From Chrysomallon squamiferum (lineage: Eukaryota > Animalia > Mollusca), in NCBI GenBank assembly GCA_012295275.1, contig CM022667.1, forward strand, positions 16,368,001 to 16,432,000: a stretch of DNA of 64,000 bases, in the 5' to 3' direction. Shown piece by piece: positions 54,876 to 64,000 of the stretch (positions are counted from its first letter, which is position 1; every line of letters begins with the position of its first letter). Both the position numbers and the translations under genes were made by a program. The notes under the pieces are model-generated. The model had not been told where the DNA came from, ran no database searches, and worked only from the letters and a program-made list of their open reading frames with translations.

Positions 54876-55897
54876 AAGATTTCGAATTCCTCTCATTCGA
54901 TCCTTATTTATGTAACCAGAATTTTGTTGTTTTCACAGCAGTTAGTACAGTCTCAAGGACATATTGTGATATTCTTAGTTTAATATGCAAAGAGCGGGTT
55001 CAGATAATCACTGTAATCGGAGAATTGATTATTTGATTATATAAGGACCTCGTGGAATATATACATGTATATTAAAGAATAGAGAAGAAGAAAAAAGAAA
55101 GAAAACAAAGAAAGAAATCTCTGACTTTACACGAACACGTTAGAGAAAATAAGATTTTTTTTAAATCTCACTTAAAAGAAAATATAGTCTCCTTTAGCGG
55201 TTGCAATAACTAGCATTTATGATGTTTTAAAATCAGTTTCGTTTTGGTTTAGCACTACAGTGTTTGGAAACTAGTTGTATTTAATTAATTTATTAATATT
55301 TAGTGTATAATTCTAAGCAAGGTAGAAGGTTAGAAGCAGCAGCACGTAACATACAGAAACATAGATATTAAAGAGTATTGCAGTGATCCACAACAGATAC
55401 AGAGGAAAAAGATATGAATAAATTAAATATAAGTAGATGTAGTAATACATTAAAAAGACTGAAATATAATTTAAGAGAAAATGGTGACGCATAGACCGAT
55501 ATAAAAATTCCAAACTGACTGAGTACAGAATTACAATGAGAAATAGACAAAGAGAAAAAAATGTTTTATCGTCAACCTATCAATCTGATGAGATAATAAT
55601 TTCTTCTTGCGCAAATAGAGACAAACGGAATACAGGATACAAATAAAGAGTCAGTATTATAAATAATAAGAAATGTACTACAGAGAGAGGAAAGCAGGTT
55701 AACTAATAAAAATAAACATTATTCAAAATATACTGATAGTTTGAAATTCACCTTGTTACATAATAGATAGCTCTTTCTTAGATAAATATTGTTATCAGTT
55801 GTTGATTGTTAAACGGTACGTAGAATAGTTATTTACATTACGTTGTTTTAATGCAATTGTTAAGCAAAATTGTTTAAAATATTTTCAGAATTGTTAA

Positions 55898-55932
<35 letters not shown>

Positions 55933-56409
55933 GTACTTTTAATCAATTATTATCCTATGGCTATTATTGCTGATGTTGTTTTTGTTTCACAGATTAATTA
56001 GAAAGTAAATTTCCACTTATAAGCATGCATGTCATCACAGTGTATTTATAAGATTAAACGGAACATAGTCTCACAACTGATTTGTTTGTTTTATATATAA
56101 ATTATGATAGAGAAATCAAGAGAAAAGTTATCTCGTTTCTATCTAACTGGGTGAATGAATTGATTAAATTAGTGAATAACACGGCGAATACAATGAATAA
56201 ATGAATGAATTTAAGGAAGAATAAAATTTGTATAATTCCTTCATACAGACTTACTACATATCAAACATATTCTAAAGGATTTTTTTTTTTTTTTTTTTTT
56301 TAACACCATCTATTTCTAACAGTATGACATATTAAGGCGACCGTTTTAAGGGGTGGGAGGGAGGAAAAAGGAAGCACAATGTTTTCAACAGATCTATCCC
56401 TGGTTATAT

Positions 56410-56451
<42 letters not shown>

Positions 56452-56548
56452 TGAGTGTGTGTGTATGTTGTATATACGTACATACATACATGCATGCATA
56501 TAATTTTATTGTACATACATATGAACCTACATACACGCAAAAAGCAGG

Positions 56549-57200
56549 GAGAAGTGAATACCCTCGGCTACTGAGCAATTTTTAAAGGTTGTCTCAGTCA
56601 CTTAATGATAGTGTCGTTTGCCCCCGGAGTGCGGGCGACTGGGTGTCATGCGTTCCAGTCTCGTCAGCGGAATATCATACTTGTGAGGTTCTGACTGGGT
56701 TTCCTCCTCCTGTGCGTTCCAGTATTAAGACAACACAGCGTTCATTCCTAAATAAACTCATACAAAGAGACACACAGATATAAACCAATGACATGTATAA
56801 TGTATAAACAAATTTATTGGGTGTATAAATTCAACATGTAACAAATGCATCGTGATTTTAAACTGAGCTTTAAAAATGAGCTTTGTTAAATATGCAAAAC
56901 ATGCCGTAAAGTTCACTGTACATATATAGTAAATATTTTTAAATTGAAAATAATAATTAGAAAACTGAAACATCTTTTTCTGTTTTATGTTATAATAAAC
57001 ATCAAAGGCACAATCAAAATATTATTTATATGTAATATTAGAAATAAAAGAATGATTAAGTTAACCAAATAAAAAAAAATTAAATTATCAACATAAAATA
57101 TGCGTGAGACAACTGACTAATAATAATAATAAAATAATAATAATGCCAAAAAAAACAAATTATTTATATTTATGTAGATAAAATTATAAAATTTTAATAA

Positions 57201-57289
<89 letters not shown>

Positions 57290-57460
57290 TAAAAACATTT
57301 CACAATAGAGAATTCTAGCTAACAACATTTATCGTAAGCGGAAACAGTTTGAAGTATACGTTAGGAAAATTGAAGATAATAATTTAAATATATTTTGTAA
57401 CCTCCGATGTTAACTTTCTCAAGATTTTCTATTTTTATTTTTTTTTATTTTAACTTACTA

Positions 57461-57512
<52 letters not shown>
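56549..57512 (+). repeat. Direct repeat copy 1 flanking the LINE (may extend further right)
   Basis: Apparently identical to 63033-64000 except for (TC)n and (TA)n lengths; initial offset 6484 bp. Confidence 0.95.
56590..56756 (+). mobile_element. Possible degenerate tRNA-derived SINE (second copy at 63074-63240)
   Basis: GC-rich island with weak A-box-like (TCACTTAATGA) and B-box-like (CGTTCCAGTCT) motifs, a GGGTTTCCTCC motif reminiscent of V-SINE cores, ending in AAATAAA. Confidence 0.35.
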
Positions 57513-57514
<2 letters not shown>

Positions 57515-57872
57515 CTAAATTACTGGGTGATGTCATTATTTCTATAGTAGTGATATCATTGTTGGCAATGCGGTCTGTTTGCTCTCAAGTTAATATGCCA
57601 TGTTACTACCATACATTGTCATGTGCGATCAAAGACAGCACAACACAACAAAATAGTAACTTTGAAGTATAGTATAATCACCAGTTGTACACAATTAAAA
57701 TAACATTACAGCTGTAAATAACAATAACAAAAAACTATTTCCTCTCACACACTCAGTCACACTCATTCACACTCACATGCATGCATACTTATTTATTCGG
57801 AATATTCATATATATTTACAGTATTTTATAGTAATAATTCTTTTATCCATTTCCATGATTTATCTATATTGA

Positions 57873-60800
57873 TTATTTGTAGCTTTCCAAAGGATATTTG
57901 AAAATAAGTATGTCATCTTTTAGTTCTAGGAAAATATTGTTCTTAACATATTTGTTAATAAAAATTGAAAGTTTGTTTTGAATACGATATTGATTTAGAA
58001 TGATTTTAAAGCACTGATACATATAATTTCTAAAAAAATGTATTATATTGATATTTGTTCCTTTCATTTGAGCTATTACACGCCTTTTGAACACTGTTAT
58101 TCTATAAATTGAAAGAATAATATTAATAAATTCTATTGTACTATTTTCAATTTTGAGATAACATCCAAATATTAATAATCTTTTTAATTGTTCTAGAGAA
58201 AACCCTGTTTTCTTAAATATATAAATACATATTTCATGAAAGATTGATATTAATTCCTTCAATTCTTCACAATACAAAAATAAATGGCACAAATCTTCAT
58301 CAGCCTTCAAACACACTGGACATACACTAGATGAGATTTTGCCATATTTATATAATTTGTTATATGTATATATTATATGATGAACTATTCTAAAATCTAA
58401 GTCTATAAATTCAGTAAATTTATCACTATAGTGTATCCATTTCCAAACTGGTCTCCAGAATATATTAAAACCAAGCTCATTCCATTTTTCTTCACAAGTT
58501 GGTGCTTTAAAGTTTTTTAAAATTAAAATAGAATAAATTATTTTAGCTGTAAATTTATTGACATTTATCATTTCATTATTCTGAAACAAAAATAAATCTT
58601 TATTAGAAGTTAATTTTTAGCATTTCTGTTAATAGCACTTTTCCATTCATCTGGAAGTGATTTCTTAATAACATTGTAAGCTATATAAATTTGGTTTTTG
58701 GATAATTCTGGAGATTTTTCATGAATAATTTCTACAATAGCTGTAAAAGGAAGAAAACCTGGTATTACTTCATAAGCAATATCAGCCACTTTGACTATTC
58801 CACTTTTTATAAAAGAACTAAATAATAATAATTTGTTTTTATATTTAATGAATGGATTTTGAAAAAAAAGTGGCTGAGACAATATTTCATCTGTATCAAG
58901 TGGGAAATTACGTTCTCCATTATTAACATAGTCCCAAGCTGATAATATTTCAGCATAAAAAGGATTAATAACTTTTAAAGCTTCTTTACTGTATACTATT
59001 TTAAAAATGTCATAATTTAGATTCATATTCATATATTTTTCAAGAAATATTGACATTGTATATTTCCACACATTTTTAAAATTATTATCAAAATATTTCT
59101 TTAACATTTTTATTCGAAAAGCCATTTTCTTTAATGAAATATCTTGAATATTTAGTCCACCCGACATTTTATTTCCAATTATTGTTGAATATTTTATTAA
59201 AGATGTTTTCCCTTCCCACATAAATTTACAAAATAATTTATGAATTTCATTTTCTACCCAATTTGGTACATTTATTGTGCTAATGATATACCACAGTCTA
59301 GATGTTAATAAAGTATTCCATACTTCAGCTTTTCCGTGCAAAGTAAGTTTCCTTTGACTCCATAAGTTAATTAGATTAGACATTTTAGCTAATTTATTTT
59401 TCCAGTTCAAAGTTTCACATAATAGTTTATTTGGTCCTAAATATATACCTAGAATTTTAACATAGTTTTTATTTATTGATATTGGAATGTTAAAGGATAA
59501 GTTTTCAATCATGGTTTTACCAAGATAAAGTACTTCTGACTTATCTACATTGACTTTTGCCCCTGTAGCACTACAATACATATTTATTGTATTAAAAACA
59601 TTTTCTACTGACTGAGCATCACAGACAGTTACTGTAGTATCATCTGCATGCTGAAATAATAAAGAATTAAGTTCATTTGTTATCCTAATTCCATTCATGC
59701 TATGTCTTTTTTAATTAAATTATTTAAGGGTTCAGCTACAATAACATAAAGCATCATTGATATTGGACATCCTTGTCTAACCCCTCTTGTAATATAAAAA
59801 AAGGTGTTAAATGTCCATTAATTTTTACACAACTTTTTTAATATTATTATATAGTATTTTAATCCACTTTATAAAATTATCACCAAAATTGAATTTTTTT
59901 CAAAACTTTTAAAATAAAACTATGTGATACTCTATCAAATGCTTTCTCTTGATCTATTTTAACTATATACCCTTCTGTATTATTTAACTCGACAATATCT
60001 ATAATATCTCTTACTGACATAATATTGTCAGCAATATCTCTTCCTTTTTTTACACAACAGGTTTGTTCTGATGAAATAATAGTTGACATTACTTGTTTAA
60101 GACGATTTGCAAGAACTTTAGCAATAATTTTATAATCTACATTTAAAAGGCTGATAGGTCTGAAATTTTTTAGGTCTGCTTTTATCTCCTTTTTTCTTGT
60201 AAAATAAACTAATTACTCCTTTTTTCATACTGCGTGACAACATTTCTTCTTTCTGAATTGACATAACTACTTTATGAAAGAAATTTTTAAAATTTTCCCA
60301 GAATTTAACATAAAATTCTACTGTTAGACCATCCAAACCAGGTGATTTATTTCTATTCATTTCTTTTTAAAGCTTCAGTTAATTCTTCAATTGTAATGTC
60401 TTTCTCACAGTTTTCACTTTCAGATTCTTTTAGTTTATTTGATATTAAATTTATTATTTCTTCCTGTTTAATAATATCTACATTTTCTTGCGTAAATAAT
60501 TTTGAATAAAGTCATAAGCATATTGTAATATATCTTCTGTTTTTCTTGTTAATCCATTTACTGTTTTTAGCTCTTTAATAGAATTTGATTCTTGTTTTGA
60601 TTTTTCTAAACTGAGAAAAATGTGGTATTTCTATCCATATCTAGATTCCAATGAGCTTTAGATCTCAAAATAGCACCATTACATTTAGATCTCTCAATTA
60701 ATTTTAATTTTTCTTCTAAAATTTGTATGTTACTCAAATCATGATGATTATTTACAGCTAGTTTAGCATATTCTCTTTTCAAAGCATTTTGTATATTATA

Positions 60801-61762
60801 ATATTTTTCGTTATCTGATTTTTTTTTTTTTATTGCAAAATTTCTTGCACATGTTTTCATTTTATATTTTAAGTTGTCCCACCAAACACTAGGTTCAGTC
60901 TGTAACAAAGGACACTCAGAAGCATTATTAATAACTTCAATAATAGCTTTACAAAAACTTTCATCTTTCAACAATTCATTATTAAAGATCCAAATACCTT
61001 GACCTCTCTCTACATGAGAAAAATCTATTTTAAGTGATAAAAAATTGTGATCACTAACCGAGGTATAGGATATGTATACATTACTTATAAACTGCAATAA
61101 ATTTCTAGAAATTAAGAATAAATCAATTCTTGACTGTTTTATAGTTTTTTCAACTATTTGAGATCTAGTAAATTGCCTTTTATCTGGATTTCTGTGTCGC
61201 CAAATATCAACTAAATTATAATTAAAAATAACTGACTGTAATTCATTACTACTTTTCATATTGAAAGTTTTATTATTAATGCCTAAATCTAAATTAGGAT
61301 CTAAAATTTCATTAAAATCTCCTGCCATTATTGTATTTTTTAAATCCACAAATTTACATAATCCTTTAAAAATAAAATTCTTTCTTCAATATTATTTGGT
61401 GCATATACATTTATAAAACTGTATTCTTCTTCATCTATTTTCGTATTAATTTTTAAAATCCTGCCTTCAGTGTCGCAACTATTAAATGTAAACTTATAAG
61501 GACATTCTTTTGATACCAGTATTGCTACACCCCTTTTTTTTTTTATTTGGACAATTATTATAAAATATATTTCCTTCCCATAAATGTTTATATCTCTCAA
61601 TGAAGTCATTATCCCAAAATGTTTCCTGTAGAAAAATAATATTTGCATGTTTACTTTTAAATGTTGCAAAACTGAATTTAATTTCTCAATATCTCTCAGT
61701 CCGTTTACATTTATAGACAAGATCATAGTTAGAAGTAGAAAAATTAGTGAACTATTACCCAT
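57873..61762 (-). pseudogene. LINE ORF2 (APE endonuclease + reverse transcriptase + CCHC finger), multiple frameshifts
   Basis: SINVNG, FLQET, GVAIL, INVYAPN, AGDFN, SRIDLFL, SDH (endonuclease); KSPGLDG, DQEKAFDRV, GVRQGCPIS, QHADD, KILGI, GGL (RT); CPVC...EDLCHLFLYC. Confidence 0.92.
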
Positions 61763-61774
61763 TTTTAAAATATT

Positions 61775-62936
61775 CTATATCTTGTCTATATCCTCCCCCC
61801 CATACTCATTCATTACCCTGGCAACACTTTCTCTCACACTTTTCATGTGTGCTGCTTGTCTCTTTTTTTGTTTTCTATTTTCTACCAAGCTCCACAGTTT
61901 TTTTCTTCTGATGGACGCTTGATCAATCTCGTTCGACGCTTTGTTTTACTCTGCTTACTATTTTCTGCTTCGATGGTTCCAGCTTCCTTGTTAGTAATTT
62001 TCACTTTGGTGTTTTTATCAGGGGATTTTCTTGGTTTTCTCCATTTTCTGATTTTTGTTGTTCCTTGTTGATTTCCATTTCTGTTGTATTTATCCTCTGG
62101 ATACTTTCTGCTTCAATTTCTTTTTTTCTCCTTTGATTTTACATTATATTCCATACCATCACTGTCACTGTCGCTGTTTTTTTTGTTCATCGCTGTCATA
62201 CTCTGACCAACACTCACATTCATCCTCTTTGTTTCCACACTTTTCACACAGAAATATGTTCGGGCAGTTTCTAGCAAAATGTCTTTTTGTTTACAGTTAT
62301 GACACCTTATATTTGGACAGTCTTTCAACAAATGATTATCCGCCATGCAGTTGTAACATACTTTTATTTGATTGTCATGTAAAACACGAAAATATTTTAT
62401 TCCTTCATAAGTCCTAAATTTCATTGAGTATGGTAAACTTTTTATTCCGGGTGGAAATTTCACTCTCACGTATCTTGTTCCATCTGCAATTTTGTCCCTT
62501 TGTATAGCCTTCTATAAATTGGTGATAAAATTTCTATTTCCATTTGTTTCAATTTTTCTTCAATTTCTTCATCTTCAATGTAGGCAGGCAAGTGCAAAAA
62601 GGAAACTACTACAGTTTCAGATTTCAAAATTCTCGCCTTTATTTTTAGACCTTTCAATTCTGTTTCATCAATTTCCGTAATCATTCTCGCTTGTATAATA
62701 TCTTCTAGTGTTATTTCATAAGAGTCGGATTCTTTCGGTACGCACGCTTTTATCACATCACCCACCTGGCCACTTACAAAATCTATCATGTCGCCTGCTG
62801 AAATTTTCTTGTTATCTTCTACATTTACAATCACAGTGCATTCTTTTTTAAAAACATTTTTTCTCATTCCTTCTTTTTTTAAATTCATATCTTTCATCTT
62901 TTCTTCGTAATTTTCAGATTCTTCCGCCCAAGACAT
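61775..62936 (-). pseudogene. LINE ORF1 (Tx1-type zinc-knuckle protein), frameshifted
   Basis: MSWAEESEN...VVSFLHLPAYIEDEEI...(ADGTRY)VRVKFPPGIKSLPYSMKF...HDNQ.KVCYNCMADNHLLKDC; second knuckle CHNCKQK(G)HFARNC after frame correction; basic/acidic tail. Confidence 0.88.
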
Positions 62937-62984
62937 AATACTTAGTTTACAACGAAACCTTTCCGAAGTGAGAGCCGATGTGTG

Positions 62985-63016
62985 GTCCAGCGCGCTATCC
63001 ACTGCGCTACGCGGAC
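62985..63016 (-). tRNA. 5' half (~nt 1-32) of a tRNA-Arg(UCU)-like gene fused to the LINE 5' end
   Basis: GTCCGCG-TA-GCGC-AGTGGATA-GCGC-G-CTGGA-C: acceptor 5' strand, U8/A9, intact D-arm/A box and anticodon-stem 5' strand; no anticodon, B box or 3' half. Arg(UCU) assignment is from the recalled GCGCA.TGGA.AGCGCG.TGGAC pattern. Confidence 0.72.
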
Positions 63017-63032
63017 TGCACGTATGAAGTTC

Positions 63033-64000
<968 letters not shown>

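Larger units (their letters stand above)
57690..63032 (-). mobile_element. Near full-length Tx1/L1-clade non-LTR retrotransposon
   Basis: Zinc-knuckle ORF1, then ORF2 with APE endonuclease, RT and C-terminal zinc finger, then a GT-rich 3' UTR. The 3' end is approximate; no poly(A) tail seen. Confidence 0.92.

Noticed and set aside
56280-56301. Poly(T) run as the LINE poly(A) tail
   Set aside because: It lies ~1.6 kb from the ORF2 stop and outside the duplicated segment; such runs are common in this window.
56555-56590. U4 snRNA-like or Sm-site text (TCGGCTACTGAGCAATTTTTAAAG)
   Set aside because: No other U4 elements are present and the Sm site lacks the following G.
56630-56670. Hammerhead ribozyme core on the minus strand (CTGACGA plus a stem)
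   Set aside because: The stem is followed by GCCC rather than the required GAAA, and no stems I/III were found.

Overview
AT-rich, microsatellite-dense eukaryotic genomic DNA; the protein families and repeat landscape suggest an invertebrate, plausibly a mollusc (inference). Most entries in the ORF track are simple-repeat translations. Supported content: (1) an intronless TRPV-family channel coding region on the minus strand (5599-7739), broken by one frameshift in an (AT)n run; (2) a decayed Gypsy LTR-retrotransposon remnant (gag and integrase, ~9.0-11.3 kb); (3) a patchwork of diverged direct and inverted duplications across 0.5-24 kb, one of which may be a decayed exon; (4) an intact tRNA-Lys(UUU) head-to-head with a 3-exon, 159-aa TMEM42 gene; (5) a 7-exon, 258-aa cytosolic alpha-carbonic anhydrase with a 12.9-kb first intron and a candidate alternative first exon; (6) a near full-length Tx1/L1-clade non-LTR retrotransposon on the minus strand (~57.7-63.0 kb). 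The most unusual feature is this LINE: its 5' end is fused to the 5' half of a tRNA-Arg(UCU)-like gene that stops at the anticodon loop, and it is bracketed by a direct repeat of at least ~960 bp. This fits a tRNA-targeting or tRNA-headed retrotransposon with either a giant target-site duplication or a tandem array. All homology calls are from motif recognition by eye; no searches were run.
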